A stretch of 64,000 nt of DNA, from IMG/VR virus record IMGVR_UViG_3300028833_000064, positions 64,001 to 128,000 of that record. One strand, written 5' to 3'. Of the stretch, positions 55,270 to 64,000 are shown one piece after another. Every line of letters begins with the position of its first letter. Positions within the stretch are counted from its first letter, which is position 1. This stretch comes from a virus. Taxonomy: Duplodnaviria > Caudoviricetes. A model generated the notes under the pieces. The model was given only the letters and a program-made list of their open reading frames with translations. It made no database searches and had not been told where the DNA came from. A program made the position numbers and the translations under genes.

Positions 55270-55638
55270 TCATATTGATAAGTCATTTTTAGAATCTTCC
55301 ATGTGTTTCTTAAAACTTTCTATGAATTCCTTAACCAAATCTCTATCCTCACAATCCATACAAAGTTCACTCATGGTATTTTCATCCAACCAAGACACGG
55401 CCTTTTCAACTAGCATATCTTTTATTCTTCTGATTAAATGTCTATTAGTATAGTTATCTGTTTCTATACCATCTGGTTTTACGGCATTATAAATCTTAGG
55501 CGGAAGTGTATTTTCATTTCCCTCAAGATACCTTTTAAAAGAGTCCTTAAAAAAACAATTGCAACCATCTTTACAATTGTTGTTACACTCACAATCAAGA
55601 CAATACCATTTTAATGCCTTTTTGATAATGTTTTCCAT
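55270..55638 (-). CDS. hypothetical protein
   Basis: Cys cluster; EKAVSWL motif. Confidence 0.55.
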   Translation of the reverse strand: MENIIKKALKWYCLDCECNNNCKDGCNCFFKDSFKRYLEGNENTLPPKIYNAVKPDGIETDNYTNRHLIRRIKDMLVEKAVSWLDENTMSELCMDCEDRDLVKEFIESFKKHMEDSKNDLSI

Positions 55639-55976
55639 TATATTATCCCTTTCTTAATTAGATATTGTGTAATCGTAAGCATATTAAACATCCCAAGAGA
55701 TTCGTCGGAACAATCATAGGCATACCCTGCAATCTTATAATCGTCAGTGTCTCCGACCAACCAGTCGTTGACATCATTACATAACTCATTGTTATAGTCT
55801 TTATATTCTTCTTGGTATTCAAAATCTTCTCTTTTTAAAATATCGATTCCAAGAAGGGAACTCAAAATATATCTACATTCACGAAGAGTCAGTTTTCTTT
55901 TCAGAATAAATCCCTTTGGAAAACCATTGTTATGCATTTCGAGTTTTACCTTACCTATATTAAGAAATTTTCTCAT
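55638..55976 (-). CDS. hypothetical protein
   Basis: ORF in operon. Confidence 0.55.
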   Translation of the reverse strand: MRKFLNIGKVKLEMHNNGFPKGFILKRKLTLRECRYILSSLLGIDILKREDFEYQEEYKDYNNELCNDVNDWLVGDTDDYKIAGYAYDCSDESLGMFNMLTITQYLIKKGII

Positions 55977-55991
55977 CTTATTTTTTATTTA

Positions 55992-56651
55992 TTACCATAA
56001 ATCATTACTATCGAGTTTGTCTTCCCAATAATTTAGTTTTTTCACTTGTCCTGAGTTCAATGCAATTTTGGCCGCCTCTTTCCTGTCAACCCATCGTCCA
56101 AATGATGTGTAAAACCCATCGGTAGATTGGTCAATCTCTTGTCCGAAACAATGAAGTATTTCGGCATGGTGTCTTCCGATTCTACATTGGTAGATATCAT
56201 CTCTCTCTTTTGTACCTGTTTTCCAAACTTCACCTTGGTGGCACACATATTCCGGTTTAACCTTGTATGCAGCCGCCATAATCGTCTCAACTTTATCATC
56301 GGTATATTTGGATTCAATAAAGTCAGATACTTCCTCAAATCCCATGAATCTACCAAGATTTCGTATATCAATATTTGTGCATTTTTCATTTAAGACAGAA
56401 TCAGAATCCGGAATAATTTCCCATAGTTCATCTGTTCGTTTGTCGACAAATTCTTTTATACCATCAACGGTTATAGGGTCGTCGGGAAGAGAATCGAAAA
56501 AATTCTTGAAATATTCCATACACTGCAAATATCCATTCCAATATGATATTTCACCATGTGAGTTCGGATATTCTTTTTCGAGTTTTCCAACATGTTGTTT
56601 ATATAATTCCAAGAGTCTTTCTATCTCTTTTTTTACTTTGTCTATTTTCAT
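55992..56651 (-). CDS. conserved phage hypothetical protein
   Basis: C-terminal GRHHAEI..GFYTSFGRWVDRKEA..LDSNDLW domain. Confidence 0.65.
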   Translation of the reverse strand: MKIDKVKKEIERLLELYKQHVGKLEKEYPNSHGEISYWNGYLQCMEYFKNFFDSLPDDPITVDGIKEFVDKRTDELWEIIPDSDSVLNEKCTNIDIRNLGRFMGFEEVSDFIESKYTDDKVETIMAAAYKVKPEYVCHQGEVWKTGTKERDDIYQCRIGRHHAEILHCFGQEIDQSTDGFYTSFGRWVDRKEAAKIALNSGQVKKLNYWEDKLDSNDLW

Positions 56652-56826
56652 AATCCTTCAATATATTCTTTTATAGAATAAAATCCTTTCTCACCATATC
56701 CACATTTTACATAACTTTCATCAATTTTATCAATATATCTCAATAGTTCGTTCTTACTTACCATCTTATCAGAAGTGTCTGGAATAGAACTCTTTTTCAA
56801 ATGCCTTTTAATATTTTTTCCCATAT

Positions 56827-57036
56827 TTAAGTGTTTATAATTAATGAAACTGAAACAAGTACCGTCATCATCATCAAAATTGACCAGACTATAAATGTTA
56901 GAACCCAAGTAGCATTATGCAATTTCGACCATCTCTTTTTAGAAATTTTGCATATAATTAGGTGAATTATTGAAAACAATATGAACAGAAACAACTCAAA
57001 TACTATTATTTTCAATATATTGTCTAACATTTCCAT
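56827..57036 (-). CDS. small membrane protein
   Basis: Two TM segments. Confidence 0.5.
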   Translation of the reverse strand: MEMLDNILKIIVFELFLFILFSIIHLIICKISKKRWSKLHNATWVLTFIVWSILMMMTVLVSVSLIINT

Positions 57037-57147
57037 TAGAAAAACAAATCGTCAAAAAGGTCTTCAAAAAAATCAAAAACCGGTGTTAGTATGATGGCGA
57101 TTACACTTCCAAGAATACCCGTGACGATTGCCTCAAATATTTGTTCA

Positions 57148-57447
57148 CTACTCATAGATATTACTCATTGGTGGATACTCGTAGTTTCCCTGTTCCGAAA
57201 TGGGTATTTTTTCATTTTGGCAATAATAGAAACCATCACGAATTTCATTAATGTATGGTAAACCATCCCTAATATTACGTTTTGCTTCGGTAAGTGTTCT
57301 CATGCTGTCACCAACTTTAAATTTTGGAATTTCTTTGTCGATGAATAAAATCAATCTAGACAAAATTTCTTCTGAGTCCGAGTAAGTCTTACGTGATTCG
57401 TTGTACAACTCAACCACTTTATTTCGTATAGTTTCTCTAATGTCCAT
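57148..57447 (-). CDS. hypothetical protein
   Basis: PKFKVGD motif. Confidence 0.55.
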   Translation of the reverse strand: MDIRETIRNKVVELYNESRKTYSDSEEILSRLILFIDKEIPKFKVGDSMRTLTEAKRNIRDGLPYINEIRDGFYYCQNEKIPISEQGNYEYPPMSNIYE

Positions 57448-57459
57448 AATATAATGTTT

Positions 57460-57672
57460 TTACTTCAAATCGAATCCAAAATTTGCTCCAGCAATATAGG
57501 CTTGTTCTATTTCCTTTCTCCACATACTTCTCAATTCCATTGTGTCCAACCGATGGTATAATTCACTTTCTATATTGAAAGAATAAACACCGGCTTGCAT
57601 TTTCAATCCTTCGTCAAAACCTTTATGTATACCACCATTTTCGTCGGTTATAACAATATCATTCTTCGTCAT
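57460..57672 (-). CDS. hypothetical protein
   Basis: AYIAGA motif common in Bacteroidota phage ORFs. Confidence 0.55.
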   Translation of the reverse strand: MTKNDIVITDENGGIHKGFDEGLKMQAGVYSFNIESELYHRLDTMELRSMWRKEIEQAYIAGANFGFDLK

Positions 57673-57979
57673 TGTTGATTGGTTCTAATATATACCATTT
57701 GTCTGAAAGATTTCCATTTATTTTAACAGATTGCTTTTTATGGTTTTTTCCATATTCTATTACAGCACTTGAAGTTTGTGCATTTATAATAAAATCAGTA
57801 ATAGAAGAATATGTCAAATCAAACGGAAGTTCCATAAACCTCTCACCAATTTTTATGGCTTTATAGTTACCATCAACCGGTTCCAATGGAAATTGAAAAC
57901 GAAGATTCCCAATTATTATCTGGACTTTTTTTACCTCCACCGGCGGTTCTTTGGTGTTTTTTCTTTTTAACGACCACAT
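57659..57979 (-). CDS. hypothetical protein
   Basis: ORF in operon. Confidence 0.55.
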   Translation of the reverse strand: MWSLKRKNTKEPPVEVKKVQIIIGNLRFQFPLEPVDGNYKAIKIGERFMELPFDLTYSSITDFIINAQTSSAVIEYGKNHKKQSVKINGNLSDKWYILEPINNDEE

Positions 57980-57986
57980 AGAACTT

Positions 57987-58199
57987 TTATTTTCTTATTT
58001 TAGAAATTATCTTTAAAATAAATTTGTAAACCGGATATAGAATTATTATTATTATCGAACCAAACCAAACAATAGCAAAGAATAATGATACAGCTATAAT
58101 TAAATCCCCATTAAAATCCGTACATTTGGCCATAAGAATTATAGATGTAACAAAAATGAAGAAAAACCCAGTAAGATAAATTATCCAATACACACTCAT
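57987..58199 (-). CDS. small membrane protein
   Basis: Two TM segments. Confidence 0.55.
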   Translation of the reverse strand: MSVYWIIYLTGFFFIFVTSIILMAKCTDFNGDLIIAVSLFFAIVWFGSIIIIILYPVYKFILKIISKIRK

Positions 58200-58214
58200 A
58201 TTTATATAATTTTA

Positions 58215-58628
58215 TTAACAAGCTACCTCATATAAACCTATTTTATTTTGAAGCTTACTGAAATCTCTTTCTAGTTCTTTACTTTTATCTTTTATATTAT
58301 TTACAATCTGGTTTACTTCATCGAATTTCTCAGACGTTGATTCTTTCATCAAGAAACAAAGACCTTTTTCAATAAGTTCAATATACGGACCACAGAAAGT
58401 GTCTTGGACAAGGAATTTTCCATAAATGTCGTGATATGAGTGAGTATACCCCCAATGATAGTTGCATCCGATACACAATGTGTCGATACCGGTGGATGTC
58501 TTCGTAAACTTGACCATTTCTATACGGTCATTCATATCAAGGTCAAAGAAGACACGACCATCGTATTTTTCGGCAAGTTCGGGTGTAATGTCGATTTCAG
58601 TTTTCAATATCTCATCTGTTTCTTCCAT
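58215..58628 (-). CDS. hypothetical protein
   Basis: Likely start MEETDE at 58628; hybrid motif TTTGTTATCTTTA at 58648-58660 upstream. Confidence 0.55.
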   Translation of the reverse strand: MEETDEILKTEIDITPELAEKYDGRVFFDLDMNDRIEMVKFTKTSTGIDTLCIGCNYHWGYTHSYHDIYGKFLVQDTFCGPYIELIEKGLCFLMKESTSEKFDEVNQIVNNIKDKSKELERDFSKLQNKIGLYEVAC

Positions 58629-58801
58629 AATGGTTTCTTTTATATTATAAAGATAACAAAAAATCACTCGTTTTTCATTTTTTCATCTTTAAAAATAACA
58701 AATATAATAGTGAAAAAATACAATTACAAAAAATATAAGAAAAAAATATAAAATAGTTTATATTATTTTATTCAAAATACGACCTTATTGAATAAGTATT
58801 A

Positions 58802-59635
58802 CTATTGTTCATACCTAATCAATTCTTTTTTATTACTATCCCATTTATATCCCGCTTCATGTATTTTTCGAAATAAGAGGTCATATTGTTCCTTTGTTGC
58901 AGGAAAAACACTACTAAGTTCACCAAAATGGGATAACATGTGGTAAGTACTTTTTAGTGTAAGTTCTTCATTTGCATCAATACCAGCATAATAGTAAGCA
59001 AGTCCATTATTATATCGGTTTTTATCATATATAAACGGATTGCCTTTTTTAGTTGCAAGCACATCACCATTTTTGGCATCTTTAATTGACCAAAGGTGAC
59101 AGTCATTTTCCTTATCAAAACCAATGGAATACCGTATTCCGTTATTATACGAAATTACTTCATACCAAGACTCACACACCTCTATGATTTTGTAGATGCC
59201 CACACCATTCTGTACAACCCAGTCACCTACCTTGAATTTACAAATAGGTTTCTGTTCGTCTTGCTTTTCAAGATGTTTGAAAAGTTGTTTATCCAACAAA
59301 ATATCAACCCCATTATCTCTTGCACACATTCCCCAAATATGACCATTATATTCAAATGATATTCCACTATATGGATTTGTTTTTTCATCTTGTTTTTCAA
59401 GCCAATATATTAGGTGACTCTTTGGAATAGTATTAACGTAGTTATGGTCTGGGGAGCAATGCAAAAGTACTGCAACCTTTAAGGCATCAATAATCTTACT
59501 CTCTTCAATCTCTTCGAGTTCTGGAAAGAGTCTAAATATCTGTCTTGCAGCATCACAATCTTGTGAACCACAATCTTCTAGTTCTTGTTTGGCATATTTA
59601 AGAACTTTTTTATATTTTTCTTCATAGTTTTCCAT
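58802..59635 (-). CDS. modular Bacteroidota-phage hypothetical protein
   Basis: WLEKQ, KFKVGDWVV, WSIKDAKNGDVL and PATKEQ modules. Confidence 0.65.
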   Translation of the reverse strand: MENYEEKYKKVLKYAKQELEDCGSQDCDAARQIFRLFPELEEIEESKIIDALKVAVLLHCSPDHNYVNTIPKSHLIYWLEKQDEKTNPYSGISFEYNGHIWGMCARDNGVDILLDKQLFKHLEKQDEQKPICKFKVGDWVVQNGVGIYKIIEVCESWYEVISYNNGIRYSIGFDKENDCHLWSIKDAKNGDVLATKKGNPFIYDKNRYNNGLAYYYAGIDANEELTLKSTYHMLSHFGELSSVFPATKEQYDLLFRKIHEAGYKWDSNKKELIRYEQ

Positions 59636-59712
59636 AGTTGAATTTTATTATTTTTAAGTGTCATAATCACTAGTACCCTATAACCTTTTATATTATAGTC
59701 TATACATTATCT

Positions 59713-59991
59713 TTAACTTATAATATCACCAGATTTTAATGTATCGTTTGTGTTTATTGGATTGTTAGCGGCATCACAAACCGGCACAATAGTTACCATA
59801 CCTATGCCGAGATACTTATTATCAATGCAGTCATATTCCAAATTATTAGGGAGATTGTTGATACATCTTTCAATCTTACCATGCTTTATCTCACTAATTT
59901 CCTCTCCCCACGGAGTCTTATAGTTATGGAGATAGAGACGAGTATAACCAGCTATAGGTTTCAATGAAAGGGAATTTTTAATTTTAGTCAT
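59713..59991 (-). CDS. hypothetical protein
   Basis: ORF. Confidence 0.5.
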   Translation of the reverse strand: MTKIKNSLSLKPIAGYTRLYLHNYKTPWGEEISEIKHGKIERCINNLPNNLEYDCIDNKYLGIGMVTIVPVCDAANNPINTNDTLKSGDIIS

Positions 59992-60013
59992 TATTGTTTT
60001 ACATTATCTCTGT

Positions 60014-60538
60014 TTATTCAAAATATGCCATTGCTTCATAGTTAAATCTCACAAATGGAATGTTGGAATCACACTGTGACTGAAGAATATCAGGCCATTG
60101 TTCCATTGGAGTGCCATCAAGAATCAACTTGTTGAGAGCATCTCCGAAAATGATGTTCTGTCTGATAACCTCATCTTCTGTTGTATCAAATCCATATTCA
60201 CAAGCCTCTCTACTGTTGGATATGAACATAGATATGAAGAAACCGTGTAGTCCGTATCTGTCGGCAAAGTTACCGGCATAACACCAGACTCCAATAATTC
60301 TTCTCTTTCTCAACATTTCAAGATGTGACCTGTCGATGCAGTATCCGTTCCAATGTTGGTTGAATAGACCAAGTTCACTTCCGTGCCCGAATAATAACAA
60401 ATCATTGGAACTCCCTCTGAGAAGTTCTTTGATTTGATGTCCACTCGGATTTACAAGAAGATTTGTCTCCACACCAGATATTATATTGGTGTAAAAACTT
60501 GTATCAGGACGACTGTCAATTACTATTGCATCTAACAT
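60014..60538 (-). CDS. putative caspase/CHAT-fold (His-Cys dyad) protein, early expressed
   Basis: LLLFGHGS and IIGVWCYA motifs; first gene after a host-type promoter. Confidence 0.5.
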   Translation of the reverse strand: MLDAIVIDSRPDTSFYTNIISGVETNLLVNPSGHQIKELLRGSSNDLLLFGHGSELGLFNQHWNGYCIDRSHLEMLRKRRIIGVWCYAGNFADRYGLHGFFISMFISNSREACEYGFDTTEDEVIRQNIIFGDALNKLILDGTPMEQWPDILQSQCDSNIPFVRFNYEAMAYFE

Positions 60539-60558
60539 ATCATTGTATATTTTCTCGT

Positions 60559-60618
60559 TGCAAAGATACGAACTTTTTTTGAATTACCAAACTTTTTTTC
60601 AAAAAAAAATTATTTTTT
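60559..60618 (-). promoter_or_regulatory. Bacteroidota promoter, early cassette copy 3 (partial)
   Basis: Same core as copies 1 and 2: TATCTTTG at 60561-60568, TTTG at 60588-60591. Confidence 0.85.
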
Positions 60619-60645
60619 ATATAAAATCAAATCAATAAATACTTT

Positions 60646-60951
60646 ATGGGATATGTATATTTGATTTGTGACAGTAAGAATGAGTATTATAAAATAGGTG
60701 TCACTACAGGAAAAATTGAAAATCGTATTAAACAATTACAGACGGGCAATGGTACTGAGTTATTCATTCGTGATTATTTCGAAACTGAATATCCGTTTAA
60801 ACTCGAAAAACTCCTGCATAACAAATTCATTACAAAAAAAGTATTGAATGAATGGTTTATGCTTTCCGTTGAGGATGTATGTGGATTCAAGAACACATGC
60901 AAAGAACTTCAGCACACAATTGAAGTTCTACTAAATAATCCATTTTTTTAA
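60646..60951 (+). CDS. T5orf172/GIY-YIG-like nuclease domain protein
   Basis: GYVYLI..YKIGVT..RIKQLQTGN..LEKLLH..NEWF; the only clear plus-strand gene. Confidence 0.85.
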   Translation: MGYVYLICDSKNEYYKIGVTTGKIENRIKQLQTGNGTELFIRDYFETEYPFKLEKLLHNKFITKKVLNEWFMLSVEDVCGFKNTCKELQHTIEVLLNNPFF

Positions 60952-60961
60952 ACGTTTCATA

Positions 60962-61360
60962 CTATTTTATATCTAAAAATTCAACTTCAATCGTATCATT
61001 GATATTGACTTTGTTACCATTTAGTTGGGTTTCATCAAAATAAACTTCCACCTTATATTCATGGTCGAGCATTATAATCACACCATCACAGATGTATTGT
61101 CTTCGATTGTGAAAATGTACGGGCTCTACTTTTGTATAGTTTGAATTTATAATTGTACCATAGTCTTCTATCACAAATTTTGGGTTGCATTTGTTTCTAT
61201 AAAAAACCCTCATCCCATTTTTAAGTGGAAGTGGTTTCCAAATAGTTATGTTTGTCCCATCCTCGAAATTTATTTGAGTTGGTTCATCAAATACCGTACC
61301 CTCCGGAAGAGTACGGTATTCTTCGATTGTCATAGTGACCTCCTTAATTTTTCTTTTCAT
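60962..61360 (-). CDS. hypothetical protein
   Basis: ORF. Confidence 0.55.
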   Translation of the reverse strand: MKRKIKEVTMTIEEYRTLPEGTVFDEPTQINFEDGTNITIWKPLPLKNGMRVFYRNKCNPKFVIEDYGTIINSNYTKVEPVHFHNRRQYICDGVIIMLDHEYKVEVYFDETQLNGNKVNINDTIEVEFLDIK

Positions 61361-62048
61361 CGATACACATCAATGTATATTTTATAGCTTCGTTTATAGC
61401 ATCAATTTTTGAATACTTATATCTACACTCTTTGCTTATAATATCATCAAACATATCGTCGACTTTTTTTCCGAATCTATCATAGACAGACCATACATAT
61501 TTCATAGTATCGTCATATTCATATGATATACCGATTTCGTATCCAAACTCCTTTTTCAACCATTGGAGTGCTGCAAAGAGTGTTGGTGCATACACAATAT
61601 TCCCATTTTTCTTTTTATCTCCATACACAAGTTTTTCAATATTTTTCCTTGATGAAGGCCATGCACTATGTTCATAATACATTAAAGTTTCTTTGTCGAA
61701 ACCCTTTTCCTTCATAAGTTCAGCGACAGAAAAGTCAACAACTATTACCTCATCTTTTAACATTTTAGATATAACCTTCATATTGTCATTGATACTCGAC
61801 CATCCACTCTCATCCAAGTAATTAATAAAATGGAATGGTAAATATACGAAATAGAGCACTAGAAGGAGTGGCCAAAATAATGTGGTTAAAAAACTTAACA
61901 TCCCGAAATCTGGGACATAATCACCATAAGATATACCTGTGTTGTTGAAGAGTTTATTGAAGTACTTTGATTTCTTGTTCAAATACACTATCCCAGCAAG
62001 TATTAATATGCCGATTACAAAATATAATACTATAAAAAATACTACCAT
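61344..62048 (-). CDS. membrane-anchored phage protein
   Basis: Two N-terminal TMs fused to a VDFSVAELMKEKGF..APTL..ALQWL domain. Confidence 0.6.
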   Translation of the reverse strand: MVVFFIVLYFVIGILILAGIVYLNKKSKYFNKLFNNTGISYGDYVPDFGMLSFLTTLFWPLLLVLYFVYLPFHFINYLDESGWSSINDNMKVISKMLKDEVIVVDFSVAELMKEKGFDKETLMYYEHSAWPSSRKNIEKLVYGDKKKNGNIVYAPTLFAALQWLKKEFGYEIGISYEYDDTMKYVWSVYDRFGKKVDDMFDDIISKECRYKYSKIDAINEAIKYTLMCIDEKKN

Positions 62049-62089
62049 AATATTTTACTTTTTTTTAATTTAAAATATGAATTTTTATA

Positions 62090-62407
62090 TCAGAATTTTA
62101 AAAACAGATACAATATCAGAAATAGAACGAACATACCCACTCCAAGATAAAATCGAAAGTCATATATCCCAAAGTGAAACAAATTTATAAGGGCAATAAA
62201 AAAACCCCCAATCGAAAAAAATATAGACACTACTCTTATGAGTATTACATATTCAAAATCATCGTCATCTTCATAACCACCGTCATATTTGTAACTCGAA
62301 TCCATATCTTTATCAAAATCTTCGTCTTCACAATATGGGTCGTTTTCTGGGTCAAGGTTTCCAGCACAATGGTGAATCCACCACGGGTTTATTATAAAAG
62401 GTATCAT
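62090..62407 (-). CDS. membrane protein with acidic N-terminus
   Basis: Likely start MIPFII at 62407, after the class II motif at 62420-62431. Confidence 0.55.
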   Translation of the reverse strand: MIPFIINPWWIHHCAGNLDPENDPYCEDEDFDKDMDSSYKYDGGYEDDDDFEYVILIRVVSIFFSIGGFFIALINLFHFGIYDFRFYLGVGMFVLFLILYLFLKF

Positions 62408-62419
62408 AATTTTTTTTAT

Positions 62420-62431
62420 AAAGATACTATT
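62420..62431 (-). promoter_or_regulatory. Class II promoter motif
   Basis: AATAGTATCTTT. Confidence 0.65.
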
Positions 62432-62445
62432 TTTTTTTAATAAAA

Positions 62446-62661
62446 TCAATCCAATTTGCAAAATGGTTCCTTTGTCCATAATTCACAAATGTTGTTACAA
62501 TCTTTTATAATTTCATTTTTAGGTTCCTTGCAGTCGTGATTATGACAGACCCAACAACAACATTTTGACATCAAGTCACAAAACCTGAATATCTCCCCTT
62601 TTGTACCGTTTACGTTTGTCGTGTATTCGATACCATATCTGCATTTTATTCTTTTTTTCAT
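62446..62661 (-). CDS. Cys-rich hypothetical protein
   Basis: ORF with ATGA overlap. Confidence 0.5.
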   Translation of the reverse strand: MKKRIKCRYGIEYTTNVNGTKGEIFRFCDLMSKCCCWVCHNHDCKEPKNEIIKDCNNICELWTKEPFCKLD

Positions 62662-62909
62662 CTTCTACCATAACCACAATATCCACACTCACCACCACTA
62701 AGTGACATCCCACAGAACGGACATTCGTTATCCTCACTGCCTTCATTCTCCATCTCTATACTTTCTATAACCGAAAGTACGTTATTAAACACCTCTTCTT
62801 TACCATGACAATGGATGTACATCCAGTCACTTTGATTGCCTTGTTCTTTTGCTGTGGATTTTAATTCATTGATTCTTTTCTTTAATAATTTTGTGTCTAT
62901 CAGTCCCAT
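62658..62909 (-). CDS. hypothetical protein with C-terminal Zn ribbon
   Basis: CPFCG...CGYCG. Confidence 0.55.
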   Translation of the reverse strand: MGLIDTKLLKKRINELKSTAKEQGNQSDWMYIHCHGKEEVFNNVLSVIESIEMENEGSEDNECPFCGMSLSGGECGYCGYGRR

Positions 62910-63023
62910 TTTTTCTTTCTTTTAATTCATCGGAATCGATTCCGAAAGCGGCTATACAAAACTCATCGTAAGACATTTCCTTTACTGGTTGATGTTTCGT
63001 AAAATCAATTTCTATAAACGTAC

Positions 63024-63548
63024 TCATACTTTCTTTTTTTCGTCATGTATATTACCTATTACTTCGGCAAACAACAAATCATTCTCGTTTTCAATAAATG
63101 GAAACTCATCTTTATTCAAGATATTGAAATACATATCAATGATTTTAGATGGGGTTGTGACTCTAAATTCACTCGATAATAAACTCAAAGGAATGTCACT
63201 ATCAACGGTGATAAATTCTCCATTTTCGAATTTTACCTCATCTTCAACTTTTACAATATCTTCTTCTTGTTGTGGATAATTAAATATATCTATTGTTAAT
63301 CCTCTAACTTGATAAAAAACGATAATATCATGTTCATATATCATATTGCCGTTTTTATCGGTTAAACCGGAACATTCACCTACTGTGTTAGGGTCAACCT
63401 CATACTCTTCACCATCTTTTGTTAGAATAATATAATGGTTTATCTGACCACGATGGTGTGTACCTTGTTCGACTCTTTCGAAATACCAACCATATACCCA
63501 TTTTGAATCACGGATACATTTTCCTCTAAATATTATTTCTCTTTTCAT
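63024..63548 (-). CDS. YopX family protein
   Basis: MKREIIFRGK..WVYG..TVGECSGLTDKNGNMIYEHDI..EVIGNIHD. Confidence 0.85.
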   Translation of the reverse strand: MKREIIFRGKCIRDSKWVYGWYFERVEQGTHHRGQINHYIILTKDGEEYEVDPNTVGECSGLTDKNGNMIYEHDIIVFYQVRGLTIDIFNYPQQEEDIVKVEDEVKFENGEFITVDSDIPLSLLSSEFRVTTPSKIIDMYFNILNKDEFPFIENENDLLFAEVIGNIHDEKKKV

Positions 63549-63870
63549 TTGGTAAAAATATTTCTTTAACAGGGTCTCTAGCATCTTCCCAATCCGGACT
63601 ATAATTAAATGTGTCTTGAAAAACTTCTTTCATTTTTTCCAATTTCAAAGTTTCCCTCTCCATTTTATCAATAAACTCATCTTTTTTGTCTAAATCGAAT
63701 GTACCATCATCTTTCGTACAAGATGTTCCAATCCCCGCTATTCTAGCGTTAATTTCATTATAAATTGTCTTATATACGTAATGTACAGCATCTCTCTTAA
63801 AATCATCAGATACTATATAACTATTTATAATTGATGTTACTATATTTTCACCAACAACTTTTCTATCCAT
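63526..63870 (-). CDS. hypothetical protein
   Basis: ORF. Confidence 0.55.
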   Translation of the reverse strand: MDRKVVGENIVTSIINSYIVSDDFKRDAVHYVYKTIYNEINARIAGIGTSCTKDDGTFDLDKKDEFIDKMERETLKLEKMKEVFQDTFNYSPDWEDARDPVKEIFLPNEKRNNI

Positions 63871-64000
63871 AATTTTTATATTTTATAAAACGAAATCAAA
63901 TTCAATCCCAATATCATTCATAACATGTTGTAAATGATGTAAACCTTCAACTTTTTTTACAGTATAACCATCTATACAACAGAACATACCAGCATTGTCA

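Noticed and set aside
1-64000. Alternative genetic code (TAG or TGA reassigned, as in Lak or some crAss-like phages)
   Set aside because: Long conserved genes are intact under code 11, and TAG/TGA end genes right at the next start (e.g. 23323, 25777, ATGA overlaps); no suppressor tRNA seen
1-64000. Bacterial chromosome or integrated prophage (because of metK, guaC, terC, TonB)
   Set aside because: These genes are scattered among short phage-type ORFs on one strand with repeated phage promoter motifs; no host operons, integrase or att site are visible

Overview
AT-rich, densely coding 64-kb segment of a large (probably jumbo) lytic dsDNA phage of a Bacteroidota host. Evidence: three copies of the Bacteroidota TTTG-N19-TAnnTTTG promoter, Bacteroidota-style signal peptides, TonB C-terminal and BspA-type LRR domains, and many short phage-type ORFs. 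Almost all genes are on the minus strand, and the standard code 11 fits (TAG is used as a normal stop). Recognisable genes: a sigma70-family factor, MetK, GMP reductase, thymidine kinase, ATP-dependent DNA ligase, two cytosine methyltransferase-like proteins, TerC, a GH16 glycosidase, NUDIX, HNH and T5orf172 nucleases, DUF262, an ABC ATPase, an RNA repair/translation set (Rnl2, RlaP-like nucleotidyltransferase, Thg1, PNK-like kinase, Pth2-like, S3-like KH domain) and three tRNAs. There is also a tail-fibre/adhesin island and a 1903-aa LRR adhesin. Best candidates for undescribed biology: (1) a divergent PurA-like ligase + vWA + Met/Gly-rich protein operon; (2) tandem lipoprotein-anchored TonB-CTD paralogues, possibly TonB-box decoys; (3) a phage sigma factor with three promoter motif classes; (4) an LplA-like ligase inside the tail-fibre operon; (5) a prohead-protease-like domain fused to DNA ligase; (6) a structured non-coding element upstream of a PD-(D/E)xK nuclease; (7) a +1 shifty-stop gene. 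All family calls come from reading motifs by eye; no searches were run.
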